Below, in pieces: positions 37,112-50,563 of a DNA stretch of 53,957 nucleotides. The translations under genes and the position numbers were made by a program. The DNA lies in NCBI GenBank assembly GCA_032718475.1, contig JAUCBJ010005647.1, positions 1 to 53,957 on the forward strand. Direction: 5' to 3'. Origin of the DNA: Nemertoderma westbladi. Lineage: Eukaryota; Animalia; Xenacoelomorpha. Each line of letters starts with the position of its first letter. The stretch's first letter is position 1. A model generated the notes under the pieces. It did no database searches, was not told the DNA's origin, and was given only the letters and a program-made list of their open reading frames with translations.

Positions 37112-37628
37112 TTAATGATTATTTATCGGTATTCTCCAAATATAACATCCATTAATATAAACAGCAATTAACAACAATATAAAACAGCATTAAAACAGTG
37201 CGGTGAACAGAGTCAGTATATGTTCGTGAAATATGTTATGAGTTATGATGTGGTGTTCGTATGCAACATAAAACAGGGTAATAGATTTACGTTCTTATAT
37301 CTCCAGCCATCAGATGTTCTTGGGCCAAAGTCTGAAACATCTGTACTTAGTACTGAATCCAGAAAGGAATTGGATTCTCAGAAAAACTATAACTGCACAT
37401 GCGCCAATTTCCACAGGTAGGTCTCTATTGGTATAACTGGGAAGATTGCTCTGATTGGCTGAATAGGCCCAAACAAAGAAACCTCCACGTACACAAATAA
37501 TCAGCTGACAGATTTCGTCATCTTGGTTCTAATTTCTGACCGATGCATAGTTGAACAATTTTAGGCCTTTTTAGAGTATTCAGCACATTGCATAAAAATG
37601 ACTTGTTATGTCCGCAAAACCTTTTACA

Positions 37629-39468
37629 GACATACCACGAGAGTAGTAGCAGGGTACATAGTGCCGTAAGAGGTAGAAGTTAGAGAATAGGGAGTGTAGT
37701 ATATAGACATACCATGAGAGTAGTAACAGGGTACATAGTACCGTAAGAGTTAGAAGTTAGAGAATAGGGAGTGTGGTATATTGACATACCACTAGAGTAG
37801 TAGTAGTATAGTACCGTGAGAGTTAGAAGTCGTGGGCACTGAGGGCGCCACATAGTAAGAGAGTAGAGAGTATGGTATGTAGGTATACCATAGAAGTAGT
37901 AGGGTACATATAGTACCATAAGAGTTAGAAGTTGTGGGCAGTGAGGGCACCACGTAAGTAAGTAGGAAGGTAGATATGATAATAGCACAGACAGGGGGAA
38001 AAAAAATAAATAAAAATAAAAATAAAAGTAAAATAAAAGGTTAGGGTAATATTGGCACGAAGGAAAGAACAAGGTAGGAGGAAGGCCATTACTGAACGAA
38101 ACTAGTAACATCTTGTTTAATGCCACTCACTTAAATTGAGCCTTTGTAAGGCCCCACCAATTGGGTGAGCGAGGGAAAGTTCATGATGGCGGAGAGGTTA
38201 GTAAAGAAGAGAAAGGTGGAGAGAGAGTGAAACGGGCGAGACCGGGAGTGACGAGTCATATCACCTCCGAGTTGGGGGGTTAAGACGCGTCATGTAGACG
38301 AGCATATAATATAATGTATATAATATATAATTATAATAATTAATTATATATATAGCTCGTATATATATTATATAATATATACCGTAGTCAAGTACAACCT
38401 TTTTTTCCAATTAGCTACTGGGACTGGGGAGTAATTGACTAGAAAGGCAGGACGAGACTTAGACGGATCCCACTAACATGATGCGCAAATGTGTGGGACC
38501 CAATAAGTGTATGGAGAATGAAAACGAAAATGGGGAATCGGGGGAAGTATGGAGAGGAGGTGTTGACATGCGTAGGAGTGAGAGGAGTGCAATTCAAGTG
38601 TGGGGAGCGAGCAGTAAGAGAGAGAGAGTAAGGGACAACGAGGTCCGTGAGAGAGGGAGAGTAAGGGACAACAAGGTCCGTGAGGGAGAGAGTAAGGGAC
38701 AGAGAGGTCCGAGAGTGAGATTAGAGTGAGGACGGAGAAAATTGTGTGAAGAGAGAGCACAATTGTTTCGAACAGAGACATCAGATACCTCGGTGCAACA
38801 TAGCTCGCGAATGCACCAAGGATGGGTAGTAATAACATACCCAGGGGGGTGGCCTGGAAAGCCGACCCCGAGAAAAGAACTCTACCCCACGCCCGATATT
38901 AGATTGTGTTCCAGCGGAATTGAAGCGCACTTAAGGTTGATGCTATCTTCTCTCCGGGAAGATAGCATGGGGGGGTCAAACCACCTTGGAGGGAGGACAG
39001 CTAGTAGAGGCTAGCAGCGGGGGGAAACACTCACAGGGAGTGCCAAAGTGACAATTAGTGTATTAGCCAATAGCGGGGAGGGAAGCACGTGATAAGAGAT
39101 AGGAAAGCATCCACTGGGTACAGAGGGCCAAGTACAGTAAGAGGTGAAACCAATATCTGTGTGTATCAATCATATATTATTCTGCATTACTGATTTACCG
39201 GTCAGTTCATTAGTTACAGAGTTGCAGACCAGTCATAGTTTATGACCGTCACCGCCACCAATTAATATCTGTATTTTCTGCATTACTGATTTACCGTATT
39301 ACTGATATACCGATTCTGTGCTATTGCCAATCGAAACATTAATATTGAGAAACTCAAACCACATTGTTTTCCCCGAAGGCCTTCGGCCAAAACAACTGTA
39401 GTGCAGCATCCCGGCGAAACGGTGACGCGTACATATCTAACCCGGTTGGGATCTACGATCCTGTCACA
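37629..39468 (+). mobile_element. 3' remnant of a family-B relative (B'): spacer repeats, start of extra ORF, 3' UTR, PPT, 5'-truncated LTR
   Basis: MAERLVKKRKVE at 38186 resembles MASKLIRNRKAE at 24785. 38390-38975 aligns to 27525-28050, and the LTR ends GATCCTGTCACA. Confidence 0.8.
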
Positions 39469-40075
39469 TAACCCCAGATTTAATAATTGACTTTTTAGAA
39501 GCTGTGTTGTTTTTACGTTTGTTTAATAGACTGTTTAAAAGCTTCCACGTCTTTGGCATATTACTATTCTTAGTAAATTCAGATGTGTAATAATGAATTA
39601 GGATTTTTGACTGAAACATTGGTCATTTATGAAAATACCACAATTATATAAACCTTGCCAATGAAATCAGCACATTCTCAAACCTCTGTAGCCAAACTAT
39701 AAGGCCAAATTACCACTTTTGGCTATTTGAAAATTTCGAGCTACTTGTAATTTTGGTGCTCTTTTAGTGTCTATTATAAAATAAACAATGAAGATTTTAT
39801 CCTAATTTTGCTTTCGATTACTAATAATTAATTCGACGAACCAAAAAAAAGCATAATATTGAATTTATAAGAAATCATAATAAATCACGTACTGCTGTAC
39901 TGCTGCGGTCTAATACTGCTGTACCGTGCTTTTGATTGAATATACTACTGTTTTAACCTGAACTCAATTTGGTACCGCGCTACGCTGTACCTTCAATTAT
40001 TATTACTATACTTCTGTACCTCTACTGTTCGCATCTCGGTACCTACCTGTATCCGCCGTCACGGAATCGGATACG

Positions 40076-41320
40076 ATGGTGGATGCGGCAACGATGACCA
40101 ATATTATTTCGGGATCAGACGAAGATCCCTCACCTTCCCCATCGTGCAAGCATCTGAGTGACGATGTGCTCGCGTATGTGTGGTCAGCACACGAGCGTGG
40201 ATTACACCGAAACTCGATCATTGCAACTGTCGGGCCATGGCCACGTTTTACGGACAAAATGCTAAAAGATGGGAAGGCTAGTCTGCTGTCCCTTCTTGAG
40301 TCAAGTAGCGCAGCGCCCAACCGTACTATTCGGAAACAGGACTTTGCGAAACTTCGACACGCTGGTGAAAATATGCGTCGTAACGTAATCTCCGATATCA
40401 TCGATATGTTCGAGTACAGCGGGTTCAGAGACCTGAGCCCGACACCGGTGTTCGTTCCAGTGGACTTGACCACGATTCCACCCTTCTCCTCGACTGGGTC
40501 GGATATGTTGTTTTTATTGAATATGGTGAGCTCATTACAAGACCGTATTGCAGTGCTGGAGTCGCGAGGCGGTACCGGTACCTGTAGCACTCCTACCAAA
40601 CTACCATCCGAAGTAGCTGCGAACGCAGACCGGCCGCAAATAACTGGTCTGAAGAAACGTAAAAAAGGTAAGAAGAGCAAAGACGACAATACGAATTCTG
40701 ATCCGACACTATTCGATGCCATTTCTGATGGTACTGGTCCGGGTTCAGCCGGGAGTCGTTACTCCGCACTTGGTAACATGGTCATCGATATTGCCTCGGA
40801 TTCAAGTTCAGATGAACGCGAAGGTGAAGGGCCTCAGCAACCTGGTCTACCGGTAGCTGTTAGCGACGTTAATAGTCCTGTTAATAATGAGACTCCATAC
40901 ACCGTAGTGGGGAAGAACGGACGGCCACTCTCCCCAACTTCATATGCTGGGGCAATGAAATCAACAAATCAGGGTTCGGGGCAAAAGTATATACCACGTG
41001 TACGTCAATCCAAACCTACGTTCGTTGCGGGAAGGTCTAAGAGTAAGGCCTTTGACACCGTAGAACCACTGGAGAAGCTTTTCCTCACGGGATGTGCTGT
41101 GAGCGTCTCTAAGGAAGTGATAACTAAATATGTATCAGATAGTCTTCAGTTAATAATTCGCTGTTACCCTATTGGTAAATCCGATGCTTCATACAAGTCA
41201 TTCATTATTATGTGTCAGAGCTCGCAGTCTAAGCTACTGCTAGACGGTGACCTTTGGCCAGAATTCTGCAGCATTCGCCCATTTGAGGACCGTAGGAGCC
41301 AGGTTGCCTCCTTCATTTGA
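40076..41320 (+). CDS. LINE ORF1 protein
   Basis: Open 414-aa frame directly upstream of APE-RT. Its C-terminal LFLTG...YKSF...LL...LWP...IRPF motif is typical of invertebrate non-LTR ORF1. Confidence 0.75.
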   Translation: MVDAATMTNIISGSDEDPSPSPSCKHLSDDVLAYVWSAHERGLHRNSIIATVGPWPRFTDKMLKDGKASLLSLLESSSAAPNRTIRKQDFAKLRHAGENMRRNVISDIIDMFEYSGFRDLSPTPVFVPVDLTTIPPFSSTGSDMLFLLNMVSSLQDRIAVLESRGGTGTCSTPTKLPSEVAANADRPQITGLKKRKKGKKSKDDNTNSDPTLFDAISDGTGPGSAGSRYSALGNMVIDIASDSSSDEREGEGPQQPGLPVAVSDVNSPVNNETPYTVVGKNGRPLSPTSYAGAMKSTNQGSGQKYIPRVRQSKPTFVAGRSKSKAFDTVEPLEKLFLTGCAVSVSKEVITKYVSDSLQLIIRCYPIGKSDASYKSFIIMCQSSQSKLLLDGDLWPEFCSIRPFEDRRSQVASFI

Positions 41321-41455
41321 TTGATTCTGATTTGTAAATTGTAAATTAACGTTTAAACAAACCTAATTATGGGAATATTTTTATATAATTTATTTTCATT
41401 TTTATTATATTTATTCGTATTGCAGTGCGATTGTATATATAATATAAATTCTAAC

Positions 41456-44072
41456 ATGGCCAATGATATAAATTCAAACATATCTGTTGCATCTTATAAC
41501 TGCAACTCAGTTAGAACGCCACATTCACTAAATACTGTTAAGGATCTCTGTAATCTGTCCATGGATGTAATACTCCTACAAGAGCACTTCTTGCCAGTAC
41601 AGGAACTCAGCTTCCTAAATACCATTGATGAGAGGTATCTAGCAAGGGGTATATCACCCGTAGATTATAGAGAAAACATATTAACTGGCCGCCCATATGG
41701 TGGCTTAGCGATACTATTTAAGAAAAGTATTGCGCACGCGGTAGAATGTATTACGTTTGATGATATCCGGCTTTTAGGTGCTAGAATTAAGTTATCTGAT
41801 GGTCAAAAATTATTTTTACTCAATGTCTATCTACCATATCAGTGTAATGACAATGAATCCGAATTCTTAGATTATCTTGGCCGTATTAATGCCATTTTAG
41901 ATTGTGAATCAACTCCACTGTGTTTTGTATTTGGTGATTTTAACGCCGCAATATCTACAATATTTGATAGCCATCTTTTAGATTGGGCCGCAGATAGTAA
42001 TTTGCATCTGTGTGATACAATGTTTCAACTTCAAGATACTTTCACTTTCGTTAGTACGGCTCATGGCAGCACTTCGTGGCTCGACCATGCTATAAGTACA
42101 GGTAGCCTGCTCCCATATTTACGAGATTTTAATGTGCATTATAACTTGGCAATATCGGACCACTTTCCTGTGTCATGTAAAATTAATTTACTTTACTAAG
42201 TAGTACGGATGATATTAACATTGGTGCTACTGAACAAAAATGTGCCCGACTTGATTGGTGCAAAGCGTCACCCCAGCAACTTTCTGCTTACGGTAATAAT
42301 CTCAATGTATTGCTGTCGCAAATAGATACCAATTGCATAGGTGCTAATAACGGTGAGTCTATTTTATGTACAGAGCATAAACCATGCATAGATTATTATT
42401 ATAAATGTATAGTTGACTGCTTTTTAAGGGCAGCTGAATCGTCTATTCCTTCGAAAAAATCAGCCAATAGTGGAGCAAACAGAAATGTTCCCGGTTGGAA
42501 CGATTTCCTGCGAGATAAATATAATTTATCCCGCCGTTTCTTTCTAATTTGGAAAAGTAATGGCTGTCCGAGAAATGGGCTCATATATGAGGAATACACG
42601 AAATCGAGATTGAACTTCAAGCGCTACATGCGCGAGTGCAAACGTAACGCAAACCAGATCCGCAGCGACAAATTAGCTGAGTCAATTTACTCGAACAACC
42701 AGAACGAATTTTGGAATAATGTCCGTAAACAGACGGGTGTCTCTACACCACTGTCTAATAAAGTGGGCAGTGCGGTAGGTGAAAAAGAGGCTTGCGATAT
42801 GTTTAAAAATAAATTTGAAACTTTATACAATGTGAACCAACCTGAGCCCCATAAAGCTGAGGTTGATCGTAAACTTGAAGGTATTAAATTTTGTGAATCA
42901 ATGATTGTAACTCCGATAGAGGTAGTGTTTGCAATTGATAAGCTTGTTACAGGTAAAGCTGCCGGCCCGGATGGCATTTCTTGTGAATTTTTTATAAATG
43001 GTACTAAATCTCTATATGTTCACTTAGCAAATGTATTCACCTGTTTTAATGTTCATGGTTATATACCCGATGATTTTATGCGTTGTAACCTAATTCCTTT
43101 ACTTAAAGACAAGAATGACGATATTACATCGCCCGACAATTATCGTGGCATAGCCATTGCCACAATTATGAGTAAGATATTTGAACATGTATATATTGAT
43201 CGTTTTTGTGATAAGTTACAGACTTCGAATTCGCAATTTGGCTTTAAGCAAAATCACGGCACCGAACTCTGTATCTTCACTTTGAAAGAAATTATTCAGC
43301 ATTATCTTGAAAATGATTCAGCAGTTTACGTGTGCTTTATTGACTCATCAAAAGCTTTTGATTTAGTAAATCATTACACACTTTTTAAAAAACTTATAGA
43401 TAGGGGCATACCGTTGTTTTATATTCGGGCGATTAAATTTTGGTACAAATTTCAACAATTAGGTGTACTTTGGGGTGGTTTTATTTCTAACTATTTTCAT
43501 GTTTCTAACGGGACCAAACAAGGTGGTATTTTATCTCCGTATTTATATAGCGTATATCTTGATGACCTGAGTAGGGAATTAAATAACAGTAATGTAGGTT
43601 GTATGATGTCTGGTGTCCGCTCTAATCATATGATGTATGCCGATGATTTGTCTATGTTTTCAAATTCGATTACTGGACTGCAAAAACTGCTACATATTTT
43701 TGAAAAATATGCACTTCTACATTCGATTACGGTTAATCTTAAAAAATCCAAATGCATGTATTATTTCCCTAAATCGTGTAAAAACTCAAATGTAGGACAA
43801 GTATCTTTAAATATAATAAGTTAACAATAGTGCACGAGATTAAATATTTAGGTCATATACTTTGCGATAATACAGACGATAATTCGGATATTCATAATCA
43901 ATTAAGATCATTTTATAAACGTGCTAATACCATTATTAGAAAATTTGCAAATTGTACTACAGCCGTAAAAGTTAAATTATTTCGATGTTTTTGTACTCAA
44001 TTTTATTGTAACGCTTTGTGGTCTAGATTAAATTACTCTGCTTCTGTGCATAATAAATTAAGAGTAGCATAT
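41456..44072 (+). pseudogene. LINE ORF2 (APE endonuclease + RT), two frameshifts, 3'-truncated; RTEX/L2-like
   Basis: APE motifs SYNCN, LLQEH, GDFNA, SWLDH, SDHFP. RT motifs AGPDG, NYRGI, QFGF, SKAFD, KQGGILSP, YADD, KYLG. Confidence 0.92.
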
Positions 44073-44949
44073 CCCTGATAACAATTGCATGTTATTTTAA
44101 CGTTTATATCACATTTTTATTGAACATGGCAAACGTTTGAAAAAACGTTTGCGACACGTCCAGAAATAGATAATTTTCATGTTATTTTGTCCAAGCGGGT
44201 GGCATGTAATAAACGTTTAGAAGTAAACGTGTAAATAGCATGAAACAAACGTTACCCAATCGCCGGTTCTTTATGACGTTTGAATTAAACGTGTGTCTAG
44301 CATGTGTAACTAACGTGAACCATGCGTCGGTTCTTTCGAAATTGCTTGGAAATATACGTTTTTTTAATGCAAAGAAAACGTTTGTTTTAAACGTTGTAAA
44401 TCGTTATTCTCTACACTAATTTGGTCATCCATTGATTCGACCACCGGATTGTTCCCATGGTATGCAATTGTTCGAATTAAGAAGATAATTTATGTGTAAA
44501 ACATGAATATTATTAAGCACAACAAGGTAGTAGTAGCCAGTACAGCACAACTTAACCACCTAAAAACTAGTGTTATTGTTCACAATAACAACAACACCTA
44601 TTAAAAAAATGAACTGCATTGCACAAACTTTAAGTAAAATTGTACTGTATATACAAAAATGAAACAAAATTCCATTTGAACTGTAATATTATAGACCAAC
44701 CGCAGCCTTCTTTAACGCTATTTGGCCTGGGGGGGGGGGGGGGGGGGTGGGTGAGGGTCATTTAAATTTTTTTGAAATTAATCTGTATCTTTGAAACAGA
44801 TATGTTGTGAAAACCGAGATTCCGTGACTTTTCCTAAAATTTTATGGGCTATCCATCAGAGCACAAAGGAAATTATTATCCATATTGAAATATAATAAAT
44901 AGTTTCAAAAATTTCCCTGTTCACTTCAATGTTCCAAAATTGGAGACAA

Positions 44950-45180
44950 GGGGGGAGACTGGACGCAAATCCCATCTTGGCGAATTAATATCTCGCCTCA
45001 ATGTTAAATTCTCAATTTAGGGAAAGGAGCAGGTTACAGTGGTACGTTATTTTAACCAAAACAATAAACTAAATACAATAGAACAGGTTATAGTTTTATT
45101 TTTGAGAGAAATCATATGTTATTTGCGTCGAATTTCCCCTGGAGAGGGATGAATTTTTATTGCGTCCAGTTCCCCCCCCC
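44950..45180. mobile_element. Small MITE-like inverted repeat
   Basis: GGGGGAGACTGGACGCA ... TGCGTCCAGTTCCCCC. Confidence 0.4.
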
Positions 45181-45324
45181 CCCCCCCCCCCACCCACCCC
45201 GGGGCAATACATTGTAAAATAGACAACAATTAACATTTACGATAAAACAAATTACAATTAAAACAACAATGTTGGGACGTCACGGGGAGTTTTCAGTTAC
45301 ATTGATCATTCAGTTTCAGCCGCA

Positions 45325-47366
45325 TCGATATCACTGAATCCGGAGTCCGTTCCGCCAAGGATCTGTCGATATCACTGAATCCGGAGTCCGTTCCGCCAAG
45401 GATCTGTCGATATCACTGAATCCGGAGTCCGTTCCGCCAAGGATCCGTCGATATCACTGAATCCGGAGTCCGTTCCGCCAAGGATCCGTCGATATCACTG
45501 AATCCAGAGTCCGTTCCGCCAAGGATCTGTCGATATCACTGAATCCGGAGTCCGTTCCGCCAAGGATCCGTCGATATCACTGAATCCGGAGTCCGTTCCG
45601 CCAAGGATCCGTCGATATCACTGAATCCAGAGTCCGTTCCGCCAAGGATCCGTCGATATCACTGAATCCAGAGTCCGTTCCGCCAAGGATCCGTCGATAT
45701 CACTGAATCCGGAGTCCGTTCCGCCAAGGATCCGTCGATATCACTGAATCCGGAGTCCGTTCCGCCAAGGATCCGTCGATATCACTGAATCCGGAGTCCG
45801 TTCCGCCAAGGATCCGTCGATATCACTGAATCCGGAGTCCGTTCCGCCAAGGATCCGTCGATATCACTGAATCCGGAGTCCGTTCCGCCAAGGATCCGTC
45901 GATATCACTGAATCCGGAGTCCGTTCCGCCAAGGATCCGTCGATATCACTGAATCCGGAGTCCGTTCCGCCAAGGATCCGTCGATATCACTGAGTCCGTT
46001 CCGCCAAGGATCCGTCGATATCACTGAATCCGGAGTCCGTTCCGCCAAGGATCCGTCGATATCACTGAATCCGGAGTCCGTTCCGCCAAGGATCCGTCGA
46101 TATCACTGAATCCGGAGTCCGTTCCGCCAAGGATCCGTCGATATCACTGAATCCAGAGTCCGTTCCGCCAAGGATCCGTCGATATCACTGAATCCAGAGT
46201 CCGTTCCGCCAAGGATCCGTCGATATCACTGAATCCGGAGTCCGTTCCGCCAAGGATCCGTCGATATCACTGAATCCGGAGTCCGTTCCGCCAAGGATCC
46301 GTCGATATCACTGAATCCGGAGTCCGTTCCGCCAAGGATCCGTCGATATCACTGAATCCGGAGTCCGTTCCGCCAAGGATCCGTCGATATCACTGAATCC
46401 GGAGTCCGTTCCGCCAAGGATCCGTCGATATCACTGAATCCGGAGTCCGTTCCGCCAAGGATCCGTCGATATCACTGAATCCGGAGTCCGTTCCGCCAAG
46501 GATCCGTCGATATCACTGAATCCGGAGTCCGTTCCGTCAAGGATCCGTCGATATCACTGAATCCGGAGTCCGTTCAGCCAAGGATCCGTCGATATCACTG
46601 AATCCGGAGTCCGTTCCGCCAAGGATCCGTCGATATCACTGAATCCGGAGTCCGTTCCGTCAAGGATCCGTCGATATCACTGAATCCGGAGTCCGTTCCG
46701 CCAAGGATCCGTCGATATCACTGAATCCAGAGTCCGTTCCGCCAAGGATCCGTCGATATCACTGAATCCGGAGTCCGTTCCGCCAAGGATCCGTCGATAT
46801 CACTGAATCCGGAGTCCGTTCCGCCAAGGATCCGTCTATATCACTGAATCCGGAGTCCGTTCCGCCAAGGATCCGTCGATATCACTGAATCCGGAGTCCG
46901 TTCCGCCAAGGATCCGTCGATATCACTGAATCCGGAGTCCGTTCCGCCAAGGATCCGTCGATATCACTGAATCCGGAGTCCGTTCCGCCAAGGATCCGTC
47001 GATATCACTGAATCCAGAGTCCGTTCCGCCAAGGATCCGTCGATATCACTGAATCCGGAGTCCGTTCCGTCAAGGATCCGTCGATATCACTGAATCCGGA
47101 GTCCGTTCCGCCAAGGATCCGTCGATATCACTGAATCCGGAGTCCGTTCCACCAAGGATCCGTCGATATCACTGAATCCGGAGTCCGTTCCGTCAAGGAT
47201 CCGTCGATATCACTGAATCCGGAGTCCGTTCCGCCAAGGATCCGTCGATATCACTGAATCCGGAGTCCGTTCCGTCAAGGATCCGTCGATATCACTGAAT
47301 CCGGAGTCCGTTCCGCCAAGGATCCGTCGATATCACTGAATCCGGAGTCCGTTCCACCAAGGATAT
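45325..47366. repeat. Homogeneous 41-bp satellite, ~50 copies
   Basis: Unit GATATCACTGAATCCGGAGTCCGTTCCGCCAAGGATCCGTC, head to tail with no spacers. Confidence 0.97.
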
Positions 47367-47597
47367 CCGTCGCTAGCAAAGTGTAATAACTTTCCCGTAT
47401 CTTGGATCTGGAAAATTAATTTATTTATGTGTTAAAAAAATATACTCGGACTAGGACTATATTAGACTAAGACTTCATCATCTACAATAAATTTCTGTTA
47501 AAGAAATGTTATTTCATTAATATCTTCGTTGGCTATTCGTGTCATTCATTACCGGTATCTACTAGATGTAAACCTAAATAAAAATAAATGGGGAATT

Positions 47598-48262
47598 GTT
47601 GAGTGGCTGTCGCTGTGACATAGCGTTGGGTGGCCAGCGATGGGTGGCCAGCGTTGGGTGACTGTGACACAGCGTTGGGTGGCCAGCGATGGGTGGCCAG
47701 CGTTGGGTGACTGTGACATAGCGTTGGGTGGCTGTGGCATAGCATTGAGTGGCTGTGACATAGCGTTGATTGGCTGTGACATAGCGTTGGGTGGCTAGCG
47801 TTGATTGGCTGTGACATAGCGTTGAGTAACTGTGACATAGCGTTGAGTGGCTGTGACATAGCATTGAGCGGCTGTGACATAGCATTGAGCGGCTGTGACA
47901 TAGCTTTGAGCGGCTGTGACATAGCGTTGGGTGGTTGTGATGTGACATAGCGTTGGGTGGTTGTGATGTGACATAGCGTTGGGTGGTTGTGATGTGACAT
48001 AGCGTTGGGTGGCTGTGGCAGTGTGGCATAGCGGTTGAGTGGTTGTTGTGACAAAGCGTTGAGTGGCTGTGACATAGCGTTGGGTGGCTGTGACAATACG
48101 TTGAGTGGCTGTGACATAGCATTGAGTGTCTGTGACATAGCTTTGAGTGGCTGTGACATAGCGTTGAGTGGCTGTGACATGGCATTGAGCGCCTGTGAGA
48201 TAGCGTTGAGTGGCTGTGACATAGCATTGAGTGGTTGTAACATAGCTTTGAGTGGCTGTGAC
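47598..48262. repeat. Degenerate ~21-bp minisatellite
   Basis: Unit approximately GCGTTGAGTGGCTGTGACATA. Confidence 0.92.
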
Positions 48263-49358
48263 TTCTGTCTCGCCCAACTTCTGTCTCTGCTTCCAAAAGT
48301 ATAAAAAAGCGTCTCGATATATAAAACATCGAGACTGGAAAAATATTTCGAGAAAATATCGCCATGGGAAATATCGCCATGGGATATATAGTGGTAGCTT
48401 AGTGAAAGGGTTTGGTTAGGTAAGTCTAGAGTTTAGTGTTCTCTTAGGATAGGGTTAGGTTGTAGATAGAGGGAGAGGCGGTATCACAACTCACCTCTGA
48501 GTATCAATGATCAACGTATTGTTAGTTGTCTGGGTAATCAGTGTGAGTATCGTATTGGAAACATGATTGGATTCATTGTCGCTCATATATTCCACCTAAA
48601 ATGATAATAATATATATACATATAGCATTGGAGCAATTAGATCAACGTGCACAAGTCACCACAACCCATCACAGACTGTTTCACATTGCCACTGCACTGG
48701 GGACTGGTTTATAAAGAGGAAATGAGTAAAAAATAAAGCAAACATTTACTTACCTACCATAGATAGCCAGAGTAAGGCATGTTTTATTTTAAATTACAGT
48801 TTAAGCATATGCACGATCTGACGATTTATAAACGTCCCAAAGTACCAAGTGGGCCTAACCTAACAGCAAGGCCTAGTAGTAAGTAAAATAATAACTTAAT
48901 CGCCAGAATCTGATGCGTATCTTTAGCTGGCTGCCTGGGACCGCATGTGTAATTTACTTCCGGCCGCCGGCACTTTTTCCCTCTATTTGATCAAAATAGA
49001 TCACAGGATTAGGATTTTAATCACTTGAATCACTGAAATAACGAAGTGTAAGAAGCCTATTCAAGTTCAATACAAACCTGTTAAGTGAAGAACCTTCGCA
49101 TTAAATGTGGGCCAACTTGACAGTTGACAGAAGATCTGGATTCGAAAATTCTTTCCAACGTACCGGTAGTAGGCCGGCATTTCGAGGAGGCCATAATATT
49201 TTTCCAGTCAGCCAGTCTGCCAGTGCAGCCCTTGCCGCTTGCCTGTTGTTTCGACCAACCAGCGCCAGGAAGACAGACAGACAGAGCCCAATCTAAACTG
49301 TCGTCGTCATCGAATTACTGGCACTGCACTGCCTGCGGCCAGACGCTTTTTCGGGTAC

Positions 49359-50563
49359 TGTAAAAGCTTTTGTGGGATAACTGATACGTTTGCCTTTGCT
49401 GGCCAGTTCCCCCCCCGGTCGCTAGAATACTCTCAAAGGGATTTATAACTAAAATAGTGCAAGCTACCAGCTTATTGGCTGATGTGCTGTGTGGAGATAT
49501 CTGGGCTCAGTTTAATCGGCCAACCAGTGTAGGGAGGTTGCCTAAGCCTTGCTGTCCGTGTCGGCCAATAGAATTTGCGTAGGCGTTGATTTCGACCTAT
49601 CCCAGCGCTACTGAACTGAATTTCCTATCTCACTGCTCATCCTCTGTGTTGGACGGGAGCTTCGGGGAATAAGAGTTTTTGGTATACTCGTATAGTAGTA
49701 GTAGTCATATGATTTTATATGATTCTGTTGTTGTGTTCCCATTTTCGCCATAACACCGGCTTTTTGGGAAGAACTCTAGTAAAACTGCTTAAATTATCGA
49801 AAGTATAAACTGTTACCTAACTAACCTAACGCAATCGACTTATCTGATCTAATTAACTCACTATTAATCATATTGTTTGTACTGTTATTTACCATCAGTT
49901 ATTAATTGTACCTATTTGTTAATGGAAATATTGCTCTTTGGATAATACGGATAAATCACCCAAATTTCCCAATTTTCTTGATACACTACAGGTTAGAGAG
50001 ACAGGCTATACATAACAATTGCGATTTATATTAATGTGGTGTGTATTGAATCTAATGTTATTTAGCAGACCCTACATGAGTCAATTGCTGCTCTCTTTAT
50101 GTGTGATCAAATATACTGACGGTCGGCAGAATAGTGTGTATGATTGTGATTGGTAACAAAGTATTTCCTAAAGAATACGCTTTATACTTTAATCATAAGC
50201 GGTATCGTTGCGTTTTAGTATAAGTCTTAGTTCTGTTTAAATAGATAGAGCGCCACGTCCTAAAGGAACTGTTAATATTTCCCGAAAGCCAATAATATCT
50301 GTCAGAAATTAATTATTAGCGATCTGTCGAATAATACAGTAAGTTTACGCTGCAACCTTACACTGCAATAATAAAATTTAAGCATCCGAATTCAGCCTCC
50401 CGGGTGTAGATCCATCGGGTGAATGATCGCGCATGGGCTGACTTCGGCTAATGTTTTGTGTATTAGCATAAATTGTTTTCGTATGCTAAAGGTGTTTTAA
50501 TTAACTAAAAGACATATAAATTTTGGCAGGTTAAACTGCTAAAGGTCTTCAAAAGCGCGAACA
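49359..50563 (+). mobile_element. 5' LTR of a second family-A element (element runs off the window end)
   Basis: Direct repeat of 3047-4256, followed by a ~2.2-kb leader and a long ORF. Confidence 0.88.

Larger units (their letters stand above)
31016..37628 (-). mobile_element. 5' portion of a diverged family-A relative (A'): LTR 37628-35008, long leader, truncated gag-like ORF
   Basis: Minus strand starts TGTAAAAGGTTTTGCGG and the LTR ends AAAAGCGCAAACA, homologous to LTR A. Leader and ORF are collinear with 50564-53957. Confidence 0.85.

Noticed and set aside
45325-47366. CRISPR array
   Set aside because: Head-to-tail repeats with no unique spacers, no cas genes, eukaryotic context.
47542-48380. 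Several repetitive ORFs
   Set aside because: By-products of a 21-bp minisatellite open in multiple frames.
3047-50563. The two family-A LTRs as ends of one 47-kb element
   Set aside because: The first follows an internal ORF and PPT (3' LTR) and the second precedes leader and gag (5' LTR). Flanks AGCGG/GTAAC do not form a TSD.
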